DNA of 59,752 nt. It comes from Octopus bimaculoides. Taxonomy: Eukaryota. The stretch covers positions 125,764,392 through 125,824,143 of the forward strand of contig NC_068984.1 in assembly GCF_001194135.2 (NCBI RefSeq). Direction: 5' to 3'. Positions 1-12,090 of the stretch are shown in pieces (the stretch's first letter is position 1; each line of letters begins with the position of its first letter). The notes beneath the pieces were generated by a model. The model did not search any database, had not been told where the DNA came from, and was given only the letters and a program-made list of their open reading frames with translations. The translations under genes were made by a program, and so were the position numbers.

Positions 1-110
1 TTATCTAAGTCTAGCGTACACGTCACAAGTTTGTGATCCGTGTAGCTGACTATGTGAAATTGTGGACACCCTATGCTATCTCTATCTACTCTCCTACACA
101 GTATTCTATC

Positions 111-181
<71 letters not shown>

Positions 182-210
182 GTAGGTAGATAGATAGATA
201 GATAGATAGG

Positions 211-289
<79 letters not shown>
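111..289. repeat. (GATA)n tetranucleotide microsatellite
   Basis: Direct: near-perfect TAGA repeats; source of the spurious IYLS ORF at 110-373. Confidence 0.99.
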
Positions 290-1059
290 GCCTGTATGTG
301 TCATGGCATTAAACTGTATACGGTGGTGAGGCTCCAGTTCGGAAGTTCTGAAGTTGTGGGAATGTGGAGTCACCCCTTAATTACCATTATTCTCAGCTCC
401 CTTCTGATCCGGAACAGTGGTACCTGTCAGGGTCCTTTATATGGGTTAAACAGATTTACAAAGAGTTGAGGAGGCTCTCGTTACTTATGATAAAGCTGTG
501 GGTAAGGCAGCTCTTCTAAGAGAACATTACTCTGAAATAAAACTTGCCGTCGAGACAGTATCAGTCATCTTACAATGCTTGACACTGGAACGTACTATGG
601 CCGCCGAAAATGTTGTACAAGCTCCTGTCATATAAATCCAATGACGTTTCTCTATGTGAAACGGCTATCATGTGATAAGATGAGGCAATCATCATGTGTT
701 TGCATGATTTTGTGTTTGTCCCCACACCGTTTGGTAACTGGTGTTGACTTATGTCTCCATAACTTGGCGTTTGGGCAAATGAGAAAGATAGATTAAGTAC
801 CAGACTTTGAATAAAAAAACAAATGCTAAACCCAGTTTTTTTCTACTAAACCATTGGTTTTCAACAGAGGTTCATATGGCTCTTGGGAATCGATATAAGG
901 TTTTGTGGTTAAAATCTGTCTGCAATAAATTTATTATACTTCTACAATTCACAAAATATTTTAACATTTTTTTCCATACAATTCTTAATAATATTTAATT
1001 ATAAAAATGCGATATAGTTTCTTTAAACATCGAATGGCTAGAATGGTTGAGAAACATTG

Positions 1060-1122
1060 GACTAAATCCTTCAAAGAGGTGCCCCAGTATGGCCGCAGTC
1101 CAACAAAGGAAGCAAGTAAAAG
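1060..1122 (+). mobile_element. SINE-C 3' tail fragment
   Basis: ggtgccccagtatggccgcagtc...caagtaaaag matches the SINE-C tail seen in full at 18490-18890 and 59135-59345. Confidence 0.7.
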
Positions 1123-1870
1123 CATTAAAGAATATTACTTCTGAAACATATTTTTCTAGTATTTCATCTGCGTGTTCATTCAAAATATCCTTTTAAATAT
1201 ACATCATTTCTAAAATATCGTTTTTCCGTTGTTTCAGCGTTGTTTAGAAAATTACCTTTCAAGAACTGTCAATATCAAAATATTGTTTTTCATTAAATCG
1301 TCTCAGTATTTTCAAAATATAGTTTAAGGTTTCTTTCAAACTTTTTTAAGTATTTATCACCTTTCAAAATATTGTTTTAAATAAATAACTATTAGCAAAC
1401 TTATATATATATCCAAAGATGATGTATATCCAAATATAAAGAACGAACATTGTAAATCCAAAATTAAGAACAAGGTGTATAACAGAAAATGAAGAATANN
1501 NNNNNNNNNNNNNNNNNNNNNNNNNNNNNNNNNNNNNNNNNNNNNNNNNNNNNNNNNNNNNNNNNNNNNNNNNNNNNNNNNNNNNNNNNNNNNNNNNNNN
1601 NNNNNNNNNNNNNNNNNNNNNNNNNNNNNNNNNNNNNNNNNNNNNNNNNNNNNNNNNNNNNNNNNNNNNNNNNNNNNNNNNNNNNNNNNNNNNNNNNNNN
1701 NNNNNNNNNNNNNNNNNNNNNNNNNNNNNNNNNNNNNNNNNNNNNNNNNNNNNNNNNNNNNNNNNNNNNNNNNNNNNNNNNNNNNNNNNNNNNNNNNNNN
1801 NNNNNNNNNNNNNNNNNNNNNNNNNNNNNNNNNNNNNNNNNNNNNNNNNNNNNNNNNNNNNNNNNNNNNA

Positions 1871-2140
1871 TCGACCCCGAAAGGATGAAAGGCAAATTTG
1901 ACCTCGGCGGAATTTGAACTCAGAATGTAAAGACAGACGAAATATCGCTAAGCATTTCGCCCGGCGTGCTAACGTTTCTGCCAGCTTAGTCGCAAAAAAA
2001 AAAATTATTTTCTACTCTAGGCACAAGGGCCGATATTTTGGGGGAGGGGACCAGTCGATTAGATCGACCCCAGTACGCAACTGGTACTTAATTTATCGAC
2101 CCCGAAAGGATGAAAGGCAAAGTCGACCTCGGCGGATTCG
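1871..2140 (-). mobile_element. Two SINE-A copies (one beside a gap, one 5'-truncated)
   Basis: Reverse complement of the family-A core gtcgactttgcctttcatcctttcggggtcgataaattaagtaccag; head ggcgactaagctggcagaaacgttagcacgccgggcg at 1960-1993. Confidence 0.9.
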
Positions 2141-2544
2141 CAAAAACAATATTGAAAGTACAATATAAGAGAAGTAAAACCGAAATAGGAAGTCAAAGAA
2201 TAGAAGGAAAACATCGCCTAACATTAAGGTAACCAAAGAGTGCCATTCGTATACTGTACGCTGGTTGAAGAATGTTGATCTCTGTTAGAAAACCTGTGAA
2301 GAGTGGGGAGACAGATAGGCCATTGATATCATTATTCTTTGCCCGATTAACAATCTCTCATCGATCAAATACTAAATGTAAACACTTATCCTGGTCAAAC
2401 TGCATCCCTATATCCCGTGATAGCATTCTGACTAGCGTCTTTTACTGCGATTGATATAGTGTAGGGAATTGAGGAAAGATTGTTGAGCAGACAATAAATA
2501 TGGATGTCAAAGCCCTATCTATGTAAGCCATCTTCAATAACAAA

Positions 2545-4085
2545 TACTAGAAATATCTCGGAATTGATGAGAATATTGCATACGCTGGTGCTGTGTTTAA
2601 AGCTAAGGTGCCAAAGCATACTTCAGCAGACTTCGGAAGGTATGAAAGTCAGATCTATCTGCATTCAATAAGACCACATCTCATAACGCTTCTTTTAGTG
2701 CTAGTGCTGGAATCACCATTTGAAATACTAAGCTGGACGCTTAAAGGAATCCGTAGTCTGGCCATCAAGACTAGAAAAATACTGATACTGTTAACTTCCA
2801 CATCAAGAGTGACACTGGCAGGATCTGTGTTACGGATAGAAGACGAACCATGAGGTCAATGTAAGCTGCTTCCTGTCTCTCAGATAATATCTCCAGAATA
2901 GTAAGAGAAGAAAGAAATATAGCACATCTGTACCCAAAAGTAAAAATAAAGGCATTTATAAGGTAAATGAAGAACACCTGCATATCTACATATGTACCCG
3001 GTGTGTAGAGCTATTTCATATGACCCAAGGACTAATTTACTCAAACACAAACATGATGAACACTATTCATAGCACACAGTTATGCAGGGGACATAGCCAC
3101 ACGCTAACGGATACCTAAAACATTGATAGAATGAGTAACCTCTTGAACCTGTGATAGATATCACAATCTCCTAAAAGGATACACCTTTGCACCAAAAAGA
3201 GAAGATAGCTCCCAAAGGAATCAATAAAAGAGATAAGAATGCTTACATACCTCCATTTCGTGACACAAAATCGATTGATATGATCATCAAGGTGATATTT
3301 TCCATACGAATGTGGAAGATATCATCCTCACAATCAGCAGCTGTTCAAAATATATCTGCTCGTTAATAACTTCCTATGAGATATGACTCTCTTGCTAAAA
3401 TTGTTTACCGCATTATCGGTAGCAGGTAAAGCGGTGTGCTAGCAGAATCGTTTGCACGTCACGCAAAATGCATAGGAGTATTCCGTCCGCCTTTACGTTC
3501 TGAGTTCAAATTCCACTGAAATCCACTCTGCCTTTCATCCTTTCGGGATCGATGAAATCAGCTGAGCACTGGTGTCGATGTCATCTGCTTATCCCTTACT
3601 CCGAAACTGCCGGCCTTGTACCAAAATTTGAAACCAATATTATCAGTGAGAAGGGTTGTCCTAATGGTCATACCAATAATATCTTGCCAGAACCAGAATA
3701 TATCACGCCGGAACCAGAATATATCCGCGCCGTTAAGAATAAGAAATACTGGTGAAAAATTCCAGTAAATTCAGTAGTGGGTAGAAACGCAAGAGATTTG
3801 ATATTGCTCTGTGAGACAGGGAGAGAAAACCATAGCCTTTTGTAGCGGTCAGCTTTCAAAAGTTGTGAGAAAAGAGAACATCTATGCTCAACTTAGAGTC
3901 CTTGTATATTTGTATATATTATCATAAGTTCATTGGGCTGTGTAACTACAGATTCACACAAAAGACTGGAAATGTTGGCGTTTGGGAATTTTCCAAGAAA
4001 GAACAAAGCAAACCGACTCGCATCATCCAAATTGAGCCGGTTAATGGTATAGTGAAGATTTGCAAAATATTCCGATCTAAATTTG
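2545..4085 (+). mobile_element. Decayed 3' half of a REL-endonuclease non-LTR retrotransposon (R2/R4/Dong-like superfamily)
   Basis: Manual translation across stops and frameshifts gives KYLGIDENIAY, YFSRLRKV*KSDLSAFNK, SWTLKGIRSLAIKTRKIL, NFHIKSD (RT thumb); EDIILTISSCSK...LPMRYDSLAKIVY (CCHC/RHD-type motif); then KYW*KIPV, AL*DRE and QIEPVNGIVKICKIF (REL domain and C-terminus). Clade label is inferred from motif memory. Confidence 0.75.
3427..3642 (+). mobile_element. SINE-A full-length, diverged, nested in the REL element
   Basis: Head-core-tail all present; degenerate TSD attatcggtagcagg (3412-3426) / attatcagtgagaagg (3639-3654). Confidence 0.85.
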
Positions 4086-4191
4086 CAGAATATTCCGTAT
4101 CAATTTTTTGGAATAAACTTAAACATACAATAACATGCGAGCATATCTTATAGACAGATGCTGATACATGACAAAGACTAAGCATACAGAA

Positions 4192-4194
<3 letters not shown>

Positions 4195-4240
<46 letters not shown>

Positions 4241-4482
4241 GATACTCATAAATACAGTCGTATGCTACGAGACACGTATACTGCGACATACACATGCATA
4301 TACACATGTACACACACATAAACACACATACACATACACATACGTGCATACATACATGTATGCATACATGTAAAGGCATCATTTATTTTTTAACTAAATT
4401 CCCGAGATGGAGCCTTGCTTCTTTGCTAGAAAGCAGTTCCTTTCTTACAAAAAGAATTCAGATAATTATTCAAAAAAGCAGG

Positions 4483-4518
<36 letters not shown>

Positions 4519-4527
4519 AAACATATG

Positions 4528-4570
<43 letters not shown>

Positions 4571-4580
4571 NNNNNNNNNN

Positions 4581-4617
<37 letters not shown>

Positions 4618-4810
4618 ACATGAAAAATACATTAATGATGTTGGTAAAATAATATACAATGGTATTCATCGAAAATACTGCCCTGGGATAAATATAGAAA
4701 ATATTTCTATTGTTCAGTACATACATGCATACATACATACATACATACATACATACATACATACAAACGTACATACATACATACAAACGTACATATATAA
4801 ATACGTAGCT

Positions 4811-4862
<52 letters not shown>
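4195..4862. repeat. Compound (TA)n/(CA)n/(TACA)n microsatellite cluster
   Basis: Direct reading; interrupted by short unique stretches and a 10-bp gap. Confidence 0.95.
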
Positions 4863-4863
<1 letters not shown>

Positions 4864-5056
4864 GTTCAAAAACACAATAACAAAGAAACAAAAAAACAAC
4901 AAAGTGAGGACGTGATATGGATAGTATTATTGGACGCTCAGGAAAGGAAAGAGAGAGTGTATGACGTTTCGGGCGTAGCCCTTCGTCGGAAAGATGGAAA
5001 GTTCGGAGAATGGAAGAACGGAGAAAGAGGAAAATGGTACCGATGCCCACGAGGTT
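4863..5056 (-). mobile_element. Non-autonomous PLE-like repeat with a degenerate minimal hammerhead (4957-4995)
   Basis: Minus strand: CTTT CCGACGA A GGG CTACG CCC GAAAC GTC ATAC; shares gacgctc(a/g)ggaaag with 10908-11230 and 50700-50940. Confidence 0.55.
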
Positions 5057-5369
5057 TATATATATATATATATATATATATACATACGTGCATTTATACA
5101 CACATACATAGATAAGAGTCAATAATGTAGGAATATTTTCATTAAAACTTCTGACAAGTCTAGGGATGACAGGCCTGATATACTGTATATACAATACCAT
5201 CCATCAAGTACCTTGTCTTTCCAGATATTTGCGTGGGTTATACCAGCGTCTGTTAGATTTTTATCGAAATTAATAAAGTGATGACTTATATAATGTAATT
5301 ATATTGGCCCTTGGGGCTTCGTCAGTTATGTTTCTGTGAGATCAATATTGAGAGAAGAATAGTCGCACT

Positions 5370-5465
5370 AGTTATTGGTCCAGTTTTTATTTATCGACAC
5401 AGAAAGGTTGAATGGCAAATATGATTTCGGCGGCAGCGGGACTTGAACTCAGAATGCGAAGACGA
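5370..5465 (-). mobile_element. SINE-A core, degenerate
   Basis: tttatcgacacagaaaggttgaatggcaaa...ttgaactcagaatg is a diverged reverse-complement core. Confidence 0.7.
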
Positions 5466-5569
5466 AACATATTCAATTTAACACATTAAAGAATTCTGTC
5501 AGTTTTGCGCCGTAAGAATTTCTTTTTTTAATCTACTAGTAATAATGAGGGGAAAGTAGAAGTTAAGTG

Positions 5570-6060
5570 GTTCTAATTTGGATACAAGGCCAGCAATTTT
5601 TGAAAGAACGAATTTGTTGATACTATCGACCCCGATACGTGGCACTCCATCGATTACGACGATGAGAGTTCCAGCTGATCTGATCAACGGAACAGCCTGC
5701 TTGTGAAATTAACGTGCAAATGGCTGAGCACTCAACAAACACGGGTACCCTTAAAGTTGTTCTCAAGGAGATTCCGCGTGGCACAGAATGTGACAAGGCT
5801 GGCCTTTTGAATTTCAAGTACAGCTCATTTTTGTCAGCTGAGTGGAGTGAAACAACATGAAATAAAGTGTCTCGCTCAAGAACAAAAACGCCGCCAGGAA
5901 TCGAACTTGTGACTTTACGATTGTAAGCCGATTTACTCTAACCACTAAGCCATACACTTTCACTACCCCGGTACTCAACTGGTACTAAAATTTATCGACC
6001 CCGGAGGAATGAAAGGCAAAGTTGACTTCGGTAGGATTTGAGCTCAGAGCGTAAACTGCC
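5570..6060 (-). mobile_element. SINE-A copy split by a SINE-B2 insertion (A at 5570-5638 and 5963-6060)
   Basis: The A tail stops at atcgaccccgatac and resumes at accccggtactcaactggtac; ACCCCG(A/G)TAC is duplicated at 5629-5638 and 5965-5974. Confidence 0.8.
5640..5962 (-). mobile_element. SINE-B2 (tRNA head + CORE-like domain + tail T1)
   Basis: Minus strand: tggcttagtggttagag A-box, gttcgattcc B-box, gttcttgagcgagacactttatttcatgttg...ccactcagctg CORE-like block, tail ending gagtgcca. Confidence 0.9.
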
Positions 6061-6076
6061 ATTGGAAGATGAAGAT

Positions 6077-6458
6077 TGTTGGCACTCCGTCGCTTACGAC
6101 GTCGAGGGTTCCAGTTGATCCGGTCAACGGAACAGCCTGCTCGTGAAATTAACGTGCAAGTGGCTGAGCACTCCACAGACACGTGTACCCTTAACGTAGT
6201 TCTCGAGGATATTCAGCGTGACACAGTGTGACAAGGCTGACCCTTTGAATTACAGACACAGCAGAAACAAGAAGAAAGAGTGAGAGAAAGTTGTGGTGAA
6301 AGAGTACAGCAGGGTTCGCCACCATCCCCTGCCGGAGCCTCGTGGAACTTCAGGTGTTTTTGCGCAATAAACACTCACAACGCCCGGTCTGGAAATCGAA
6401 ACCGTGATCCTATGACCGCGAGTCCGCTGCCCTAACCATTGGGCCATTGCGCCTCCAC
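6077..6458 (-). mobile_element. SINE-B1 full-length, young, with a perfect 13-bp TSD
   Basis: Head gtggaggcgcaatggcccaatggttagggcagcgg...ggtttcgatttcc; TSD ggaagatgaagat at 6064-6076 and 6459-6471. Confidence 0.95.
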
Positions 6459-6835
6459 GGAAGATGAAGATAATGGAAATACTTTGGACAAAGTTTATAT
6501 TCTAAGAATGAAAGGCTTCATAGTTCTATCTCAGAAGAAGGACCAATCCCAAACCATTTGGATTCTCTTCTTCTCACGACACACTGAACATAATCGTTTA
6601 TTTCTATTTTTAAATTATCTTTGTGCAATTAAATGCTTACATAGTTACATAGTCTTTGTAAAGTATAGAACGGAACATTGACTGTTAACCAACAGTTTCA
6701 ATCAGTGAAATAGTATGGATCTGTAGATATCAAATAAAATTATTATTTTTGTGTTAATAAATAGGATGAAAATAAATGTACGCTCAAATGAGCATAAACA
6801 TAATACAAGAATACTTACATTAATACATACACTAT

Positions 6836-6846
6836 TACACATACAC

Positions 6847-6934
<88 letters not shown>

Positions 6935-7000
6935 ACACACACACACACATACATACATACATACATACATACATACATACATACATACATACATACATAG
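6836..7000. repeat. (CA)n + (TACA)n microsatellite
   Basis: Direct reading. Confidence 0.99.
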
Positions 7001-7024
7001 CCACACATATACATATATTAATAT

Positions 7025-7400
7025 ACCATGTTGATCTAAAAATAATTGCGGTTTTAACCGTGAAATTGAAAACAAAAGCATATATCTCAGTCCAGAATAA
7101 GCTTTATTAATTGTTATTATTAATTGAAATAATAACAATTATAATCTATACGCTTATGACATGCAGAAACAAACCTATTTTTTCCGGCAGCATAGAATTT
7201 TGAAGTGTCAGAACCTATGAATTCATTTTGAAGTGTCAGAACCTATGAATTCATTGCAGATATTTTGAGCAGCTGCTTGGTTGTTGAAGACCTTGTTTTA
7301 CAGGAAGGTATCAAGTTACTTGAAGAAATGGTAATTGGTCGAAGAGACGTTCGGAGAGGTCTGGAGAGTACGGCGAGTTAGAGTTTCGAAACCAACACAC
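7025..7400 (-). mobile_element. Mariner transposase C-terminal relic with 3' TIR (Hsmar1/MADE1-like TIR)
   Basis: Minus translation SPYSPDL (7376-7356) and EFIGSDTSKFYAAGKNRFVS; TIR-like gttgatctaaaaataattgcggtttt at about 7030-7055; internal 28-bp tandem duplication 7198-7253. Confidence 0.75.
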
Positions 7401-7514
7401 GTTGTCGGGTGCTGCCTTGGAGAAGAATCGATCCTTTCCAAATGACCGATGCTGGATGTAAACGTTGTAGTTCTTGGTGCATTCTGTCGCAAAGCGGTGG
7501 ATTGGCGGTTTTTG

Positions 7515-7600
7515 TTCCGGCTCTTTACGTTTTAAGTTCAAACCCGCCGAGGTGATCTTTACGTTTCATCTTTTTCCAGTCGATGAATATATACCAATCC
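7515..7600 (+). mobile_element. SINE-A core, degenerate
   Basis: tttacgttttaagttcaaacccgccgaggtgatctttacgtttcatctttttccagtcgat. Confidence 0.65.
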
Positions 7601-7689
7601 ATCCCGGGTGGTTGACGGAACTGTAAAAACGTTGGGCCAGATGCTTTATTGTACTTGTGTCAGCTCTTTGTGTCTGAGTTCAAATCCCA

Positions 7690-8160
7690 CGGTAGCCTAC
7701 TTACTCGTGGTGGCATTCACCTGAAGTGTTTACCACGTCCCTCACGAATGCAGACCCCATCTAACGGTCGGCTGCAGTCCAGGCTGTAATGGATACCCTC
7801 TTCCGGCTCCGTTGCCGAAGATCATAGACACAGGGTCCAGGTTGTGCTTCCCCGTCCGCCTTCACCGTTGCCAGACACGTTTTTAGTTGTCCTCCAGCTC
7901 GCTTGCGCCATCCTAGGAGGGGAGCCGGGTTGACCGCCTTGCGAACGAATTACTCCGGAGACTAAATAGCCTACTTAGGTGATAAACTTGACCTTCGCCA
8001 GCTTAACACCAACACCTGGCACCACAGGTGCCTTTTACAGAGAGGTCCGCTCTGTTGCAACCATTCGAAAGAAGGTTTCTGGTTTGAGGATACTTTGCTC
8101 CCTCCCATCAGTCTTGGAAGCCCTGTAACGGACTATGAGCACTCCCTTCTCACTAGATAA
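7690..8160 (-). mobile_element. GC-rich segment resembling the 5' UTR of an RTE/BovB-type LINE
   Basis: GC island in AT-rich DNA; phrases such as ggtttctggtttgaggatactttgctccc recall RTE 5' regions. Recognition only, no alignment. Confidence 0.3.
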
Positions 8161-8249
8161 TCCTCGATCAGGACAGCCATGAAAATCTACTGAAAGAATA
8201 AACTGATATAATCACTTTTGTTAATGAAGATCAGGAAAATGACGCTAAT

Positions 8250-8470
8250 TAACAAGCTTCTTAAATACTCATTAACATTATACCTATACACATACCTACA
8301 CACATTCCTTCATACATACACCACACACATGCATACACAATACTCCCTCTCACTCACACACACACAATACGCGTAGATAATATACCACACACCCATTGGC
8401 CTGTAAAACGTGTAATTGGTTAAAACAAATCAGAATTTTCGAATAAATGTTGATATTTTGAATGACGTCC
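8250..8470. repeat. Unclassified interspersed repeat (family F), copy 1; copy 2 at about 14178-14370
   Basis: Both carry aacaagcttcttaaatactcattaaca...cacccaYtggc...tgtaattRgttaaaacaaa...gaataaatgttga around a CA-rich core. Confidence 0.8.
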
Positions 8471-8794
8471 GATAGAAATTCCACATAGGTTCATGTATCA
8501 TCAAAATTTTGACTAACGCAGTTTTGGCTGTAAAGAAGTTTTGCACGTAAATTATTTTTAAAAAGTGCATATTTCTTTGAAAAACCGACTTGCTTGCATT
8601 CAGTCTACTCAAGAATATAAGAAACTGACGTCATCAGATTGGTAAAATAATAAAAAAGATCCTGTCGTCGAGGGGGTCGAAACTTTAATTTGTTCTGCTT
8701 TGACGGTTGGGTGAACGACCGGCGTTGAATAAGCTGAGACTGAGACACTAACTCCGAGTGCATAGATACGACAGCTAAGCATTATGGTAGAAAT

Positions 8795-9032
8795 CTTTTA
8801 CTCGTTTCAGTCATTAGACTACTGCCATGATGTGGCATCGCCTTGAAGAGTTTTTAGTCGAATAAATCAACTCCAGGACTTTTTTTTTTTTTAAAGCTTG
8901 GTACTTACTCTATCAGTCTCTTAAGCCGAACCGTAAAGTTACGAGAACGTAAACACACCAACACTGATGGTGGGAAATAAACGCAGAGACAAAACACGCA
9001 CATACTCACACACCCACCCACACATACATACA

Positions 9033-9063
<31 letters not shown>

Positions 9064-9246
9064 GTGTGTGTGTCTCTGTGTGTGTGTATGTATGTATGTA
9101 CATATATATATATATATATATATATACTACGGGCTTCTTTCAGTTTCCGTCTACCAAATCCAATCAAAAGGCTTTGGGCGGTCTGAGGCTATAGTAGTAG
9201 GCACTTGCCTAAGGTGCCACAGAGTGCGACTGAACCCGGAACCATG
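8795..9246 (-). mobile_element. SINE-C near full-length with internal microsatellite
   Basis: Tail ttttactcgtttcagtcattagact..., internal (TACA)/(TG)/(TA) at 9020-9126, core acgggcttctttcagtttccgtctaccaaatcc. Confidence 0.9.
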
Positions 9247-9669
9247 TCAGAATCATCATGAACAGTAGAGATCTTAGAGAAAACTATACTTCCAAATAAA
9301 TGCCAAAAACTATTTGGGTCACTAGTGGACTTTTTCAGCAACTCGAGGTTTAAGGCATTTATCAACAGCAAACAATTTTAAGTGTTGCAGCGGGGATTAC
9401 AATTTAATAGAAAGCTTATAGAGAGGGGTTGACGTGACTATTCAACAAAAATATACAGGAATTTAAGTGAATTGTATGATAATTATGGTAAACAATAAAT
9501 GGGTGACAATTCATGACAATGTGATCATCGGAATTATAGATTCAATACTCGTAGTTGTGATTCCGCTTCGAAAACTTTCAGATAATCAACAATGTCTAAG
9601 TACCGCTTCCATTTAGTTGAAAAAAAGATGAATTTCTCAAATAAACTGAAACTTATTTTTGTAAAAAGT

Positions 9670-9986
9670 GAAGGTGCGTGGATCAATAGCTAGGGTATTC
9701 AGCTCATGTTCGTAAGATCGTGAGTTCGATTCCTGGCAGCACGTTGTGTTCTCGAGCAAGACACTTTATTTCACGTTGCTCCAGTTCACTCAGCTGGCAA
9801 AAATGAGTAGTACTTAAAGTTCAAAGAGCCAGCCTTGTCACATTCTGTGTCATAATGAATCTTCCTGAAAACTACTGTAAGGGTACGGTTGTCTGTGGAG
9901 TACTCAGCCATTTCCACGTTAATTTCACAAACAGGCTGTTCCGTTGATCGGATCAAATGGCACCTTTGTAAAACCGACAGAGTGCC
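9670..9986 (+). mobile_element. SINE-B2 full-length
   Basis: gtgagttcgattcc B-box; CORE-like gtgttctcgagcaagacactttatttcacgttgctccagttcactcagctggcaaaaatgagt; tail T1 ending gagtgcca. Confidence 0.9.
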
Positions 9987-10032
9987 ACTTATTTTTGTAA
10001 CATTATCCATGCTATCAATAAATATACTTCTG

Positions 10033-10253
10033 AAGGTGGCGAGCTGGCAGAATCGTTAGGACGCCGGCCAAAATGCTTATCGGCGTTTCGTCCGTCTTTA
10101 CGTACTGAGTTCAAATTCCGCCGAGGTAGACTTTGCCTTTCATCCGTTCGGGGTCGATAAAATAAGTACCAGTTGAGTTATTGGGATCGATGTAACCGAC
10201 TTATCCCCTCCCTGAAATTGCTGGCCTTGTGCCAAAAATTTGAAATCAATAAT
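10033..10253 (+). mobile_element. SINE-A full-length (tail type 3)
   Basis: ggtggcgagctggcagaatcg head, gagttcaaattcc B-box, central gactttgcctttcatcc...gggtcgataaaataagtaccag block resembling the Meta/Sauria SINE domain. Confidence 0.92.
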
Positions 10254-10382
10254 TACACTGCTGGGTTAATCTAAAACATTCGTATTAAAACTGTTATCAT
10301 TTAAAAGAGTAAAATGTTTTCTTTCCGTTCGTACACACATGCATACGCACAAATGCACAAGCACACACTCTTGGCAAAAACG

Positions 10383-10530
10383 CTTGCAGGCATGGCTGTG
10401 TGGTTAAGAAACTCGCTTAGCAACCACGTGATTCTGCGAGGTACCTTGGTCACGTGTCCTCTATTATAGCCCCGGACCGACCAGTACGTTGTGAGTGAAT
10501 CTGCTAGGCGGAAATTATGTGGAAGCCCGC
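10383..10530 (+). mobile_element. SINE-C 5' half, diverged
   Basis: gcatggctgtgtggttaagaa...ccttggtcacgtgtcctctattatagccccggaccgacc...gaagcccg. Confidence 0.75.
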
Positions 10531-10862
10531 TCATCGCGTTTATCGCTGAACTCTACACGGCTTTTTCATTCGCTCTCTGTTTATTTCCTCCTGTTATGTT
10601 GAAGATCGTAGGATTGAAACGTAAATGACTTTTTCATTTTTTCCGAACGTCAAATTAATACACTTGCTTGTTGTTCATACACCGTTCTTCGTCTATATAT
10701 ATATATATATATATATNNNNNNNNNNNNNNNNNNNNNNNNNNNNNNNNNNNNNNNNNNNNNNNNNNNNNNNNNNNNNNNNNNNNNNNNNNNNNNNNNNNN
10801 NNNNNNNNNNNNNNNNNNNNNNNNNNNNNNNNNNNNNNNNNNNNNNNNNNNNNNNNNNNNNN

Positions 10863-10895
<33 letters not shown>

Positions 10896-10907
10896 TGTAT
10901 GTATATA

Positions 10908-11230
10908 GTTGAAATTTACGGAAAAACAAAAGCCGAGGACAGGTGTATGAACAACAAGCAGGTATATTAGTTTGACGCTCGGGAAAGTGAGGAAGTCTTT
11001 TACGTTTCGAGCCTAGGCACTTCAGCAGAAAGGAATTAGAGAAAGTAAACAGAGAGAATAATAAAAAAAACATGTGGATTTAGCGGTCTGGCATGACGAA
11101 TGGTTGGAATAAAAAAAGGGTTGACAGGAGAGGTAGAAAAAAGGGAAGATAATAAAGTATTGGTGATCCCAAAACGAAGGTGTGCATGCGTGTATGTATG
11201 TGAGTGCATGTATGTGTATGTGTGGATAGA
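10908..11230 (-). mobile_element. Non-autonomous PLE-like repeat with a minimal hammerhead variant (10997-11032)
   Basis: Minus strand: CTTT CTGCTGA A GTGC CTAG GCTC GAAAC GTA AAAG; homologous over about 300 bp to 50700-50940. Confidence 0.65.
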
Positions 11231-11274
11231 GGCTAGATATATATATATATATATTGTTGTTTGTGATTGCCCAC

Positions 11275-11430
11275 TACCACTTCTTGTCAACTGATGCTGG
11301 TTGGTTTGTTTACGTCACCGTATATTGCGCTTCGGCAACGAGCACGATAGAATAAATATCAAATAATAAATACTGGAGCTGATTTGTTTGACTAAACCTT
11401 TCATGGCAGACGACTGGAACAAGGGAAAAC
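11275..11430 (+). mobile_element. SINE-C 3' tail, internally deleted
   Basis: cttgtcaactgatgctgg...tttacgtcaccgta...cttcggcaa...gatttgtttgactaaacc. Confidence 0.65.
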
Positions 11431-12090
11431 AAAGAAAAATAGAAAACGTGAGAAAATAACATATATTTACATATGTTGTGCAAGTGCGCGCGCGCGCGTA
11501 TGAGTGTGTGTGCGTGTGTGTCTGTGTGTATACGTGTGTGTAAATATGTACGTATATTTGTATGCATGTATGCATGCATATATAAACAAATGTTTATTCA
11601 AAAGACAATCATTAATTATTTATAGCGGTTTATTGTCAGTTACGTAACGCCCAAAACTGTTATGCAATATGCATATACACAAATTTACTAATTAATGCAT
11701 ACCGACATATATTTAGAATTTCCACAGCTCGATCTGAATGTGTCTATTGTCAAGGACCTTAACAATCGATATATATANNNNNNNNNNNNNNNNNNNNNNN
11801 NNNNNNNNNNNNNNNNNNNNNNNNNNNNNNNNNNNNNNNNNNNNNNNNNNNNNNNNNNNNNNNNNNNNNNNNNNNNNNNNNNNNNNNNNNNNNNNNNNNN
11901 NNNNNNNNNNNNNNNNNNNNNNNNNNNNNNNNNNNNNNNNNNNNNNNNNNNNNNNNNNNNNNNNNNNNNNNNNNNNNNNNNNNNNNNNNNNNNNNNNNNN
12001 NNNNNNNNNNNNNNNNNNNNNNNNNNNNNNNNNNNNNNNNNNNNNNNNNNNNNNNNNNNNNNNNNNNNNNNNNNNNNNNNNNNNNNNNNN

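Noticed and set aside
110-373. IYLS-, YIYI-, HTHT- and VCVC-repeat ORFs throughout the track
   Set aside because: Translations of (GATA)n, (TA)n, (CA)n and (TATG)n repeats.
6380-6458. tRNA-like sequences in SINE heads (B1, B2, C, E)
   Set aside because: No complete cloverleaf; they continue into multi-copy SINE bodies, so they are not tRNA genes.
8631-8637. Isolated CTGATGA heptamers (also about 13706, 26843, 47856, 53566)
   Set aside because: No matching helix II/GAAA/UH geometry; expected by chance in 60 kb.
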